DNA from: Gemmatales bacterium
GTDB lineage: Bacteria > Planctomycetota > Planctomycetia > Gemmatales > Gemmataceae
DNA: 64,000 nt
Reading direction: 5' to 3'
Assembly: GCA_038229635.1 (NCBI GenBank)
Contig: JBBROG010000006.1
Coordinates: forward strand, 470 to 64,469
Below are positions 45,028 through 54,811 of the stretch, one piece after another (position 1 is the first letter of the stretch; each line of letters starts with the position of its first letter). The notes beneath the pieces were generated by a model. It was not told the origin of the DNA and did no database searches. It worked only from the letters and a program-made list of their open reading frames with translations. The position numbers were made by a program, and so were the translations under genes.

Positions 45028-45771
45028 ATGCCAACCTTTGCCGTCATCCTCCCCGCCGCCGGCCGCTCCTCTCGCTTCCACGGCAAGGAGAAGAAGCCGT
45101 TCGTCAACCTCGACGGCCGCGCCGTCTGGCTGCGCACCGCCGAATTGTTCGTCACGCGCGACGACGTCTGCCAGTGCTTCCTGCTCATCGACAAGGACGA
45201 CGAGGAACTCGTCCGCCGCCGCTACGCCGCCAATCTCGCCTTCATGAACGTGCAACTCGTTCACGGGGGGGCTGAGCGCTTCGAGTCGGTCGCCAACGCC
45301 CTGAAACTCGTCAAGCCCGAGGCCGACTTCGTCGCCGTCCACGACGCGGTTCGCCCCTGCGTCACGGAGGAATTGGTCAACGCCGTCTTCGCCCAGGCGG
45401 CGAAGGGCGGCGCCGCGCTGTTGGGCGTGCCGGTGAACGACACCGTCAAGCGCGTCGACGACAAGCGCCGCGTCCTCGGGACGATGCCGCGCCAGGGGCT
45501 GTGGCTGGCGCAGACGCCGCAGGTGTTTCGACGCGACTGGCTGCTGGAGGCGTATGCGGCGCGCGCCAAACTCGGGCAGGCGATCACCGACGACGCCCAA
45601 CTCGTCGAGGCGGCGGGCCGCCCGGTAACGGTCGTCGAGGGCTCGCCGTCGAATATCAAGATCACGACGAAAGGCGACTTGGCGCTGGCGGACGCGCTCC
45701 TGAAAGCGCGGCCAAAGCCCAAGGCGTCGGGGCCGATCCACCCGTTCGCGGAAGACGAGATGTGGAAATGA
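45028..45771 (+). CDS. ispD: 2-C-methyl-D-erythritol 4-phosphate cytidylyltransferase
   Basis: Motifs ILPAAGRSSRF, VHDAVRP and QTPQVF are present. Confidence 0.9.
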   Translation: MPTFAVILPAAGRSSRFHGKEKKPFVNLDGRAVWLRTAELFVTRDDVCQCFLLIDKDDEELVRRRYAANLAFMNVQLVHGGAERFESVANALKLVKPEADFVAVHDAVRPCVTEELVNAVFAQAAKGGAALLGVPVNDTVKRVDDKRRVLGTMPRQGLWLAQTPQVFRRDWLLEAYAARAKLGQAITDDAQLVEAAGRPVTVVEGSPSNIKITTKGDLALADALLKARPKPKASGPIHPFAEDEMWK

Positions 45772-45773
45772 GC

Positions 45774-45902
45774 GCGTTCCGGGGGTGCGCTGCGCGACCC
45801 CCGGCTTTGTGATGTAACCCCTTCGGGGTAGGGCTGGGGGCATTTTACCCCGAAGGGGCTGCCTAACCCAGCCGGGGGTCGCATACTCGCGCACCCCCGG
45901 AT
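45774..45902. repeat. About 128-bp palindromic REP/MITE-like element, copy B
   Basis: Near-identical to 16464..16592. It starts 3 nt after the ispD stop, between convergent genes. Confidence 0.8.
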
Positions 45903-45909
45903 TTGCTGA

Positions 45910-46455
45910 TCACTTGCCGGCGGGCGCGGCGGCCTTGCCCTTGAGCGTTTCGAGGTAGGCGAACACGTCGGCGGCCTTCTTGCCGCCGATCTTGGCGTGG
46001 GCCAGCAAGGGGATGCCGTGCGGCCCCTTGGTGTCGATCAGCCTCGGCGTGGCGGCGAGCAGCGCCTTGACCGCGTCGAGCTGGCCGAGCATGGCGGCGG
46101 CGAAGACGTCGATCCGAGCCCCCTTCTCCAGGAGGAACTCGGCGATGTCGCGCCGCCCCATGTGCGACGCCCCGCCCAGGGCGGTTTCCCAGTCGCCGGC
46201 GCCCCAGTCGACGGCGGCGTTGACGAGGGCGGCGTTCTTCTCCAGTAATTTCTTGACCATTTCCAGGTCGGAATGGGCGTAGATCACGAAGTCCTGCACG
46301 AGCGTGCCGCCGAGCTTCGGCTTGGCGAACTTCGGCTGGAACTTCGGCGCGGGGTAGTCGCGCTCGTCGTCGGCGGCGCTGGCTGCCGCCCCGGCCGTCA
46401 CCACGCCGGCGGCCAGCGCCGCCGGGAACGACCGCCGCGTCATCGCGTTCTTCAT
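45910..46455 (-). CDS. Ankyrin-repeat protein with Tat-like signal
   Basis: MKNAMTRRSFPAALAAG has a twin-Arg motif. Ankyrin-like repeats of the type G..ALH.A...G are present. Confidence 0.65.
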   Translation of the reverse strand: MKNAMTRRSFPAALAAGVVTAGAAASAADDERDYPAPKFQPKFAKPKLGGTLVQDFVIYAHSDLEMVKKLLEKNAALVNAAVDWGAGDWETALGGASHMGRRDIAEFLLEKGARIDVFAAAMLGQLDAVKALLAATPRLIDTKGPHGIPLLAHAKIGGKKAADVFAYLETLKGKAAAPAGK

Positions 46456-46590
46456 CGGCTGAATCTCCACGGGGCGCACCACTCCCGGACCAGTTCTCTA
46501 CCGCGACGGGCGGCTCCGGCACGGGGAGTCGAATCGTGCGTCCTTTCCATTTTCCACTTTTCCCCGGTTGATGGCTACTCGACCTGCTTG

Positions 46591-46986
46591 TCACTCCGAG
46601 CTTGGCTGGACGAGGTCCCATTTGTTGCCGTAGAGGTCGAGAAACACGGCCACCGTGCCATACGCCTCGTTCCGCGGCTCCTCCGTGAACCGCACCCCGC
46701 GCGACATCAGGGCGTGGTAATCGCGCCAGCAGTCGTCGGTGCGGAGGAACAGGAACACCCGCCCGCCGGTCTGGTCGCCGACGCGCGCCGCCTGCTCCGG
46801 GGTGGCCGCCCGCGCCAGGAGAAGCGCGGCTCCGCCCTCGCCCGGCGGGCGGACCAACACCCAGCGCTTGCCGCCGCCGAGGGGCGTGTCCTCGACCAGC
46901 GTGAATCCCAGGCCGCCGGTGTAGTAGGCGATGGCCTCGTCGTAGTCGCGCACGACGAGCGCGACGGCCGCAATCGTTTGTCCCAC
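46591..46986 (-). CDS. VOC/glyoxalase family protein
   Basis: It is 131 aa with a typical bleomycin-resistance/glyoxalase pattern. The start is GTG. Confidence 0.8.
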   Translation of the reverse strand: MGQTIAAVALVVRDYDEAIAYYTGGLGFTLVEDTPLGGGKRWVLVRPPGEGGAALLLARAATPEQAARVGDQTGGRVFLFLRTDDCWRDYHALMSRGVRFTEEPRNEAYGTVAVFLDLYGNKWDLVQPSSE

Positions 46987-47225
46987 CGCGATTCACCCCC
47001 GAATGACCGTTCAACTCACGACGCCCCTACCCGCGGTGAGGTTGTCCGCCGCCTCATCGCGTCCTTCGCCTCCGGGCTTTTCCCGCGCGTCATTTTCCTA
47101 GAAAGCGGGGATGTCGACGGGCAGACCGACCCTCATGAAGAAGCGGGCGAAGGCCTGGGCGAGGTGCTCGCGGTAAGGCGGCAGCAACTGTAAGCGCGGG
47201 GATTGCTGGCCGGCGAGGGTAGTTC

Positions 47226-47510
47226 TCAGTCATCGGGCAGTTCCTCCGGCAGAATGAGACACGGCCGCAACCGCCCTCCCTCCACGACCGCGGCGCCTTC
47301 GACGACCTCAGTCTTGAAGGGTATCTTGACATACACGTCTTTCTCGACGTCGAGCCCGACGGGGGAATCCGCCTCGTCCGGGGCGCCCGTGGCGGCCGGC
47401 CCCGAGGACTCTAACGTCACCCGCACGCGGCGCCCTTCCCATGTGACGAGCGATTCCTGGTGGCGGAGGTCGCCATCGATGATATTAGCCTCAAAGGATA
47501 TGCTAATCAT
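47226..47510 (-). CDS. Hypothetical small protein (94 aa)
   Basis: Internal ATG at 47510 is preceded by GAGGA. It lies in a locally AT-richer stretch. No family recognised. Confidence 0.4.
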   Translation of the reverse strand: MISISFEANIIDGDLRHQESLVTWEGRRVRVTLESSGPAATGAPDEADSPVGLDVEKDVYVKIPFKTEVVEGAAVVEGGRLRPCLILPEELPDD

Positions 47511-47603
47511 AAAATTCCTCGCCCCTCCGAGAGAACAGGGTGGCGCCCCGATTATCTCGCGAGCCGTGTGGCGGAGCAAGGGGCTTATCCGGCCGGCGCC
47601 CGC

Positions 47604-50600
47604 TCACCGCGGAACGGCCCGCAGCGTGTAATGCGCCTCCGCCGGGTGGAATTCCCCGCCGCCGGGGGTGAGGCTCCTCAGCCGCAGCTCGTAGACGAAC
47701 CCCGGGCGCATCTCGGCGAGCTTCAAAGTCACCCGCCGTCCGTCCTCCGCAACGGTCGCGCCGGCCACCGCCTCGGTCCGCCGGTCCAGGTCCGGCCCGC
47801 CGTAGGCCGGCGTCGCCTCGCGGCGGTACGACTGGATCGCGTAACTCTCCGGTTTCGCGGCGGCGGCGCGGTCGACCGGCCGGAAGAAGTCGATGACAAA
47901 TCCGTCGCGCGTCGCCCGCACTTCGGCGACGCCGCACGGCAAGCGGTCGGGGTCAATCGTCACGCGGACGATCTCGCCGACGTTGTTGCCTGCCCCCCAA
48001 CCGCTGTCGCGGATGCCGCCGACGTAAAGAACGCCCTTCGGCGAGACGCCGCACACCAGCGGGCCGAGGAAGCCCTTCGATGGGTCCGCCGGCGGGACAC
48101 TCAGGGGATAGGCCGCTCCCTGGAACGTGTCGCCGACGCGCTGCAGCGTCATGCGGATCAGCCGGCGCGTGTCGTACTCGCAGCCGATGAGATGGCCTTC
48201 CAGCGGACCGAACACGTCACGGCCGAGGCGGGCGCGCAGCTCCTTCGGCGTGTCGAGGAAGCAGACGCCGTTGACGCTGCGCGTCCAGGGGTGCGGGATG
48301 TCGATGGCGGGCGGCGTCAGCGGCGGGAGGGGTTTGCCACGATCGAGCGTGTTGACGAAGCCGAAATGGACGCCGGGGCGGACGTGATTAAGCTCGTTGA
48401 ACGGGTTGTAATTCCCCTGATTGTCGGTGACGAACAGTTCGCCCGTGCGGTCGAGCGCCAGGCCCATCGGGAAGCGGTGGCCGGCCGAGATCGGTTCCGG
48501 GCGGAACAGGCGCGGGTCGTCCGGCGTTGGCGCGCGCGGCACGAGCCGCAGCACGTTGCCGTGGAAGCGGGCGGCCTCCGGCGAGCGCTTGTCCTGATAG
48601 CAGGGGATGCCGAGGAAGTAGTCGCCGCGCTTGTTCCTCGGCAGGCCGACCGACCATTCGTGGTAGTCGGTGCTGGTGCCCCAACCGGACGCGATCACTT
48701 CCGTGTGCCGCGACGTGCCTTCTTCCTTGAGGCGCAGCAGGGCGAACTTGGCGGCGACGTCGACGTAGCCGGGGCCGGCGGCGATGCCGTAAGGCGCGGG
48801 CACGCCGTCGGCGAGGAGGGCGAGGCGGTCCTCGACGCCGTCGCCGTCGCTGTCGACGGCCTCGAACACCTGTCCCTTGAGCGACGAGAAGACGAGGCGG
48901 CCGTCGGGGCGCCACGCCAGGCCCGTCGGCATGATCTCCGGCGACAGCGGCAACTTCTCGCCGACAAAGCCGGGAGCGACCTCCACGGGATCGCCCTTGC
49001 GGGCGATGAACGGCGTGACCGGCAGGCGCGGAAAGCGGTCGACGGGGATCTCCGAAAGGTAGTGCAGTACGACGCGGACTTCACCCCTCTCGTCAGGCGC
49101 CAGCGTCAGCGCAGTGCCGTCGGCGCAGAAGCGCGCGCCGGCGGGCTCGCGCAGGACGACCCGCGTGGCGAAGCGGTCGCCGAGGCGAACCTCGCGGCCG
49201 TCGGGCGACGGCGTTGCTTTCGCGGACAGGACTTGCAAGCGCAAGCGCGCGCCCGCCGGCAGCGGCGACGCCGTCAGTCCCGCGGCGAAACCGCCCTCGG
49301 CCGGGGTGAACGTGCGGCGGATGCGTACGACGGGGGCATCGCCGAACTTCATCCGGTGGCTCAGCGTGAGGCGAGGGCCGTCCGTCCGCCAGGCGTCGGC
49401 CTCGATGACGAACTGGCCGAGCGGCCGGGGCGCCAGGGCACGGTCGTCGATCAGGAGGGATAAATCCGGCCCCGAAAGTCCCGTGTCGAGGACGGTGGCG
49501 CCGGCCGACTCCCAGAACCACGCCTTCCCCATCGTCCGCTGCCGCGCGGCGTCGCCGGCGGTCCACGACGCCAGGGCGCCGGCCTCCAGGTCGAGGAGGA
49601 CGTTGTGGCGGTTCCCCAGGCCGACGAGGAACGGTTTGAGATACATTTTCCCGCCGTAGTGGAGGAGGTCGGTCAGGACGACCGGCTCGGCGGCGGTGTC
49701 GTGGCCGAAGTGGCGCAGGGTGCGGATGGGGTTCGGCGCCGGCGGGTCGAAGCCGGGGGTGTTCAGGACGTGCCACAGCGCGTCGAGCTGCTCGTCGAGG
49801 CGGCCGCCGAGGACGCCCTGGACGGGAATCTCGACCGACGGCATCTCCATGCGCGGCACGACGCGCGCCGGGTTGCGCACCCAGCGGTCGAACCACTCGC
49901 GGCGGACGCGATTCCCCAGCAGCGAGAGACTCGGCCCGCGCGCGTTGAGGGGGCCGTCCGGCGGGATCGCGGCGCCGACGGCGTGACAGCTCGTGCAGCC
50001 GAAGCCGTCCGAGGAGACGAGGCGGCCGCCGGCGAGGGCGTAGCGGTCGAGGCGCGATTTCTCGGGCGGCGCCGGCCGGGGGCGCGGCGGCACGCGGTCC
50101 TCGGCGACCAGGTGGCGCACGACCGCCCGAACTTCGCCATCGGAGAGAGGAAAACGTGGCATGCGCGCCTGGAGGTAGGGGCGGTGCGGCGCGCCGAGCC
50201 GCACGACGGCCTCGGTGAGGGCCTGGTCGCTCAGCTTGTCGCCGACGCTGTTGAGCGCCGGCGGGGTGAGCGCGGGCAGAAGCGGGGCGAGGTCCGGATG
50301 GCGCCTGGCGACGGCGGCGAGTTTGTCGGCGAGCAGGGGCGGCAGCAGCGGATTCGCCTCGCGCGTGCCTTCGCGGGCGTGGCAGGCGAGGCAGTTGTGT
50401 TCCGCCAGGAAGAGTCGGCCGTCGGACGCCTCGGCGGGGTCGGCGCGGCGCGTCGAGTAATACAGCCGGACGGCGCGGGCGTCGGCGGCGTCGAGCTTGT
50501 AACCGGGGCGGTGCCGCGCCGCGTCGGGGTCGCCGAGGCAAGAGTGCTGCCAGTCGCTGCCGTCGCCGAGGCGCGCGCCGGCGGGAGGCGCGGCGACGGC

Positions 50601-51779
50601 CTCGGGAAGGCGATGGCAGGAGGCGCAGCGGAACTCATCGACGAGTCGGCGTCCCTCGTCGCGGCGCCCGGCGGCGGGCGCCGGGGTCGTCTTGGCGGAC
50701 TTCTGCCCGGCGAGAAAGAGGGCAAGACTGGTGCGTTCGTCGGTCGCCAGCGGGAAGACCGGCATGCGATGATCGCGGTTGAGGCGGGCGGGGTCGGCGA
50801 GCCAGGCGGCGAAGTACGAAGGCGGGCGCTTGTCGGCGACGTGCGTCAGGTCGCCGCCGCCGAACCAGCCGCCGGCGCCGAGGTCGCGCCAGGTGTGGCA
50901 GGCCAGGCAGCCGAGCGTCAGGAACAGCCGCTCGCCGGCGCGGGCGTCCGCCTTCTTCGACGGTTTGTCGGCGGGCGTGGGCGCGGGTGCCGTGCGCGGT
51001 GCCAGCAGCCAGTCGGCGACGGCGTCGGCCTGCGCGACCGACAGGCCGAGCGCCGGCATCCGCCGCGGTTCGGCGCCGCGATGTCCGCCGGCGCTCAGCC
51101 AGTTCACCAGCCAGTCGCGCGACAGGTTCCCCGCCAGGAGGTCGAGGGCCGGGGCCGGCGGCGGCGCGTCGTCGCCGTGGCAGCGGCCGCAGCGCAGCGC
51201 CCGCGCGAGGAGTCGGCCGCGCTCGAAGTCGCGCCCGGCGGAGCGCTCGCGGGGATGAGAGAGGAGGCGCGGCGGAATTGGCTCCAGGCCGAATTGCGGG
51301 CCGGACCAGAAGACGCTCAGCCGGGCGTCCTTCTCGGTGCGCCGGAACGACAACTCGATGGGGTGATGTCCGGCGGCGAGCGTCACCGGCGCGGCGTCAT
51401 ACCAGTCGTCGCGCAGGGTGCGGCGCGCGACGACGGCGCCGCCGTCCAGCGTCATCTCGACTTCGCCGGTGCCGAAGAAGAAGAAGCGATAGGCGCCGCG
51501 AGCCTCGGCCCGCAAGCGGCCCCGCCAGGTCGCGCGAAACTTCCCCGCGTCGAGGCGCGGGTCGGGCGCGGTGTCGCCCCAGGAGAAAGACAGCTGAGGA
51601 TCGACGCGGGCGGCGGTGTGTCCGTTGTTGTCGCGGAGAGCCGCGACGAGGCCGGGCAGGAACGGGTCGTCGTCGTCCGTCTCCTGGCCGAAGACGGGCG
51701 CCGTGGCGAGAAGCGGGACCGCGAGGAGAGCGGTGAGCCTCAAGAAGCTCCGGACGAATGGGTGCGCGTGTCGGGGCAT
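47604..51779 (-). CDS. Giant secreted multidomain protein: PA14-like N-terminus, five haem-c motifs, beta-propeller/dehydrogenase-like region
   Basis: CxxCH motifs are CGRCH, CLACH, CASCH, CLACH and CTSCH. ATG 51779 gives a signal peptide. The architecture is common in Planctomycetota. Confidence 0.8.
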   Translation of the reverse strand: MPRHAHPFVRSFLRLTALLAVPLLATAPVFGQETDDDDPFLPGLVAALRDNNGHTAARVDPQLSFSWGDTAPDPRLDAGKFRATWRGRLRAEARGAYRFFFFGTGEVEMTLDGGAVVARRTLRDDWYDAAPVTLAAGHHPIELSFRRTEKDARLSVFWSGPQFGLEPIPPRLLSHPRERSAGRDFERGRLLARALRCGRCHGDDAPPPAPALDLLAGNLSRDWLVNWLSAGGHRGAEPRRMPALGLSVAQADAVADWLLAPRTAPAPTPADKPSKKADARAGERLFLTLGCLACHTWRDLGAGGWFGGGDLTHVADKRPPSYFAAWLADPARLNRDHRMPVFPLATDERTSLALFLAGQKSAKTTPAPAAGRRDEGRRLVDEFRCASCHRLPEAVAAPPAGARLGDGSDWQHSCLGDPDAARHRPGYKLDAADARAVRLYYSTRRADPAEASDGRLFLAEHNCLACHAREGTREANPLLPPLLADKLAAVARRHPDLAPLLPALTPPALNSVGDKLSDQALTEAVVRLGAPHRPYLQARMPRFPLSDGEVRAVVRHLVAEDRVPPRPRPAPPEKSRLDRYALAGGRLVSSDGFGCTSCHAVGAAIPPDGPLNARGPSLSLLGNRVRREWFDRWVRNPARVVPRMEMPSVEIPVQGVLGGRLDEQLDALWHVLNTPGFDPPAPNPIRTLRHFGHDTAAEPVVLTDLLHYGGKMYLKPFLVGLGNRHNVLLDLEAGALASWTAGDAARQRTMGKAWFWESAGATVLDTGLSGPDLSLLIDDRALAPRPLGQFVIEADAWRTDGPRLTLSHRMKFGDAPVVRIRRTFTPAEGGFAAGLTASPLPAGARLRLQVLSAKATPSPDGREVRLGDRFATRVVLREPAGARFCADGTALTLAPDERGEVRVVLHYLSEIPVDRFPRLPVTPFIARKGDPVEVAPGFVGEKLPLSPEIMPTGLAWRPDGRLVFSSLKGQVFEAVDSDGDGVEDRLALLADGVPAPYGIAAGPGYVDVAAKFALLRLKEEGTSRHTEVIASGWGTSTDYHEWSVGLPRNKRGDYFLGIPCYQDKRSPEAARFHGNVLRLVPRAPTPDDPRLFRPEPISAGHRFPMGLALDRTGELFVTDNQGNYNPFNELNHVRPGVHFGFVNTLDRGKPLPPLTPPAIDIPHPWTRSVNGVCFLDTPKELRARLGRDVFGPLEGHLIGCEYDTRRLIRMTLQRVGDTFQGAAYPLSVPPADPSKGFLGPLVCGVSPKGVLYVGGIRDSGWGAGNNVGEIVRVTIDPDRLPCGVAEVRATRDGFVIDFFRPVDRAAAAKPESYAIQSYRREATPAYGGPDLDRRTEAVAGATVAEDGRRVTLKLAEMRPGFVYELRLRSLTPGGGEFHPAEAHYTLRAVPR

Positions 51780-51823
51780 GGGGGACTCCGGCGGGCCTCC
51801 TCGGCGAGGGTCGGCCGGCAAGG

Positions 51824-52309
51824 TCAGTCACCTTCGTCTTCACCAAGGTCATCCGCGGCCTGACTCAGAGCCTCGGCCAACCTCAAGATGTCCTCGGATT
51901 GGAGGGTCAGACGTAGCAAGGATGTCGTTCTTGGCCCGACCACGAGGAAACAGCGGTCGTCGTATTCGTCATCCCAAATGAGCGCAACGGGTGCTTGCTC
52001 GAAGCGTCCGAGAACCAGCGGTCCTTCGTCTCTCGACGCCCGTCCTCCGCTCGGGTCCACGGCTCCCGAAGGGCGCCAGCGGAGGAACGAAGCGGCCGAC
52101 GCGATCACCTTCAGATCCTGCAGCTGGAACACAAGATACACGCCCGGGCCTTCGATTTCGGCCGACCACTCCCGGGACTGGTCGAGGCGTTCATCGATCG
52201 CGACGTCCCAGCGGCCAGACGAGCCATTGGCCAACAGGCCGATGCCCGGTTCCTGCTTCTCGACGCCGGTCGGCGGGCCGTCTTCTCTGTTCGCGAGTGG
52301 TGCTGACAT
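51824..52309 (-). CDS. Acidic hypothetical protein (161 aa), immunity-like
   Basis: The ATG is preceded by GAGGAAG. It lies 15 nt downstream of the 98-aa ORF. The C-terminus is acidic (DDLGEDEGD). Confidence 0.5.
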   Translation of the reverse strand: MSAPLANREDGPPTGVEKQEPGIGLLANGSSGRWDVAIDERLDQSREWSAEIEGPGVYLVFQLQDLKVIASAASFLRWRPSGAVDPSGGRASRDEGPLVLGRFEQAPVALIWDDEYDDRCFLVVGPRTTSLLRLTLQSEDILRLAEALSQAADDLGEDEGD

Positions 52310-52324
52310 GGCTCTTCCTCATTC

Positions 52325-52621
52325 CTACGCGACCTCGTTCCCGTTGACGTCGACCCGGAAGTAGTCGGCGCCGTCATCAATCTGCACGTCCCAGTGATCG
52401 GGAACGTCCGCGTGCGCCCAGTCTTTCACCCAGACCCGGCCCAGATCATCGACGTAGCCGCGCTTCCCTTGCTTGGGGCCTTGTCGTACGGCACGCTTCT
52501 CGATGACCTGCTCGCCGTTGCGGTTGCTGACGAGTTTCGGCCGGAAGGGGTGCCGCCCTCCCATCGGCAGTCCGGCTTTGGCGATTTGCTCGACGACCTT
52601 TGGCGGCAAATTCGATGACAC
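52325..52621 (-). CDS. Small basic protein (98 aa), toxin-module-like
   Basis: The start is GTG (alternative ATG 52564). The segment KRGYVDDLGRVWVKDWAH..PDHWDVQ resembles C-terminal modules of polymorphic toxins. This is from memory and is low certainty. Confidence 0.45.
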   Translation of the reverse strand: MSSNLPPKVVEQIAKAGLPMGGRHPFRPKLVSNRNGEQVIEKRAVRQGPKQGKRGYVDDLGRVWVKDWAHADVPDHWDVQIDDGADYFRVDVNGNEVA

Positions 52622-52707
52622 AGGAACCTCGCCGGCACGTCCGCCCCGTTTCCGGAATTATCGACGGGGAGACTGATCCGATCAAGGGCGCGGGGTCTCG
52701 GGGACTG

Positions 52708-53046
52708 CTACGTCTTCGTCGCGGCCAGGAACAGTTCGACGGCCTCGCGGCCGGTCATCCCGATACGGACGCCCAACTCCTTCGCCTGCGGCGTGGCGTC
52801 GACGATGGCGGCGTCGAGGAGGTCTTCGGGGTCGACGAGCGGCTTTTGCGGCGTGCCGCGGGCGATGGCGATCGCCTGACCGAACTCGGCGGGGGTCTTC
52901 ATATCGTAGATGCCGCAGCCGATCAGCCCGGCCTCGGTCAGGATGACGCAGTACTGTCCCTTGCGCCAGCGATTGCTGATGCCGAGGGCGACGCCGTTCT
53001 CGAAGGACATGGGCCGCGCGATGGTGCGGGGGAGCGGTTCGCTCAT
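52708..53046 (-). CDS. DUF1805 (YunC-like) domain protein
   Basis: The pattern YCVILTEAGLIGCGIYD...AIAIARG...AKELGVRIGMTGREAVELF matches DUF1805. Confidence 0.7.
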   Translation of the reverse strand: MSEPLPRTIARPMSFENGVALGISNRWRKGQYCVILTEAGLIGCGIYDMKTPAEFGQAIAIARGTPQKPLVDPEDLLDAAIVDATPQAKELGVRIGMTGREAVELFLAATKT

Positions 53047-53114
53047 GGGGAGGCTCCTCGGGAGGGCTCTTCTGTGTACCGCGCCCCGGCCTTCCGAGCA
53101 ACGAGTTTCCGGCG

Positions 53115-54293
53115 TCAGCGGGCGGGGCTACCGCCGGCGGGTTTGGTCGGCTGCGGCGGCGCCGGGCGCAGCTTCTTCAGGCGCGGCACCAGCTTCACCT
53201 TCCGCGCCGGCCGGTCGTGCTCGTCCTCGATGTCGCCGACGATCTCCTCGATCACGTCCTCGAGCGTGATGAGCCCGACGATGCGCCCGGCCTCGTCGCG
53301 CACCAGCGCCATGTGGCGGCGCGCCTTGCGGAACAGGCGCAGGGCGTTGTCGAGGCTCTCGTCCGGCTTCAGATAGAGCGGCGCGTACAGGGCGTCCTCC
53401 AGGACGACGACGCCCTTGAGACTGAAGAGGTAGAAAAGATCCTTCGTGTTAACGATGCCGACGACCCGGTCCGGCGTCCCCTCGTAGACGGGCATGCGCG
53501 TGTGGGCGCCGCTGCGGACGGCCTCGAGGACGCGGTCGGGCGGCGTCATCAGTTCCAGGGACGCCATGCGCTCGCGCGGGATCATGCAGTCGCCGACGCG
53601 CTTGTCCGTCAGGCGGAAGGCGTTCTCGACGAGGTCCGCCCGGTCGGGCTCCAGGCCCCCCGCCTCCTCCGTGTCCTCGATGAGCAGCAGCAATTCCTCG
53701 ACGGAGTGGACCATTTCCTCGGTCTGTCCCGGCTGGAAGCCGGTCGCGCGCAGGACGAGGTTGGACGTCCCGCTGACGAGCAGGGTGAGCGGCCGCACCA
53801 GCCGGGCGAAGACGTTCAGCGGCGCCGCCAGCCACAAGGCGACGCGGTCGGGCGCCTGCAAAGCGATGTTCTTCGGCACCAGTTCGCCGAGGCTGACGTG
53901 GACGAACGTGATGAGCAGGAAGGCGATCACCGTCGCCGCCGAGTGGGTGGCGAAGGTGCCCCAGCCGCCGGGCACGGCGCGGAACAGCGGCTCGAATAGG
54001 GCCGCCAGGGCCGGCTCGCTGACGCCGCCGAGAACGATGCTCGTCAGCGTGATGCCGAGCTGCGTCGCGGCGATGCTGCGGTCCAGGCGGCGCAGGGCAG
54101 TCTCGACCGCCTTGGCCCCCTTGACGCCCTGCCCGACCAGTTCCTCGACGCGGGTGCGGCGGACGGCGACGAAGGCGAACTCCGCCGCCACGAACAGGCC
54201 GTTGATCGCGACCAGGAGCGGGACCGCCAGCACGCGCGCCACGTCGAGGCCCCAGTCAGTCTCCATCGTCACCGCGAGCGGCGTCCCAAGCAC
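53115..54293 (-). CDS. CNNM/DUF21 transmembrane domain plus CBS-pair protein (TlyC/CorC-like)
   Basis: The N-terminal DUF21 contains NGLFVAAEFAFV, followed by tandem CBS. No CorC_HlyC C-terminal domain is apparent. Confidence 0.85.
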   Translation of the reverse strand: MLGTPLAVTMETDWGLDVARVLAVPLLVAINGLFVAAEFAFVAVRRTRVEELVGQGVKGAKAVETALRRLDRSIAATQLGITLTSIVLGGVSEPALAALFEPLFRAVPGGWGTFATHSAATVIAFLLITFVHVSLGELVPKNIALQAPDRVALWLAAPLNVFARLVRPLTLLVSGTSNLVLRATGFQPGQTEEMVHSVEELLLLIEDTEEAGGLEPDRADLVENAFRLTDKRVGDCMIPRERMASLELMTPPDRVLEAVRSGAHTRMPVYEGTPDRVVGIVNTKDLFYLFSLKGVVVLEDALYAPLYLKPDESLDNALRLFRKARRHMALVRDEAGRIVGLITLEDVIEEIVGDIEDEHDRPARKVKLVPRLKKLRPAPPQPTKPAGGSPAR

Positions 54294-54426
54294 GGGAAAC
54301 GAACCTCCTTGAGGGCGAGCGACTACAAACCTAGCATAGCGGAGAGGCGGCGATCCTCAAAGCCGGCCCTCCCCTTGCACGTTGCAATTGGCGTACCCTG
54401 ACCCCCAAATTACCGCGGGAGAACGC

Positions 54427-54759
54427 ATGGACCCGTTAGCCCACACCCCCTCGTCCCCCTACTACGCCGTCGTCTTCACCTCGCTGCGGACCGCCGACGA
54501 CGGCGACGGCTACGCCGCGACGGCCGCGCGCATGGCCGAGTTGGCGGCGGCCCAACCGGGCTTCCTCGGCGTGGAGAGCGCCCGCGGCGCCGACGGCGTC
54601 GGGATCACGGTTTCCTACTGGGAAAGTCGCGAAGCGATCCGCGCCTGGCGCGAGCTGGCCGAGCACCGCGTGGCCCAGCGGCAGGGCAAGGCGAAGTGGT
54701 ACGAGCGCTACCGGCTGCGGGTCTGTCGGGTGGAAGAGGAATACGGCTTCGCCCGTTAG
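54427..54759 (+). CDS. Antibiotic biosynthesis monooxygenase (ABM) family protein
   Basis: It has a ferredoxin-like ABM pattern (YYAVVFTS...GFLGVES...ITVSYWES..AI.AW). This is an internal ATG of the track ORF. Confidence 0.7.
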   Translation: MDPLAHTPSSPYYAVVFTSLRTADDGDGYAATAARMAELAAAQPGFLGVESARGADGVGITVSYWESREAIRAWRELAEHRVAQRQGKAKWYERYRLRVCRVEEEYGFAR

Positions 54760-54811
54760 GGAGCGACGGCCCGCGGCGCGCGGGGCGCGCCGCGGGCCGG
54801 ATTAAGGAGGT

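Noticed and set aside
47094-47229. Coding-like stretch downstream of the 94-aa ORF. One reading is a 47-aa ORF that overlaps the stop (ATGACTGA). In another frame the stretch reads LLPPYREHLAQAFARFFMRVGLPVDIPAF. It could be a decayed toxin partner.
   Set aside because: The 47-aa reading is Arg/Pro-rich and shadow-like. The better-looking frame has no start codon and follows a stop directly. No family was recognised. At most it is an unverifiable gene remnant.
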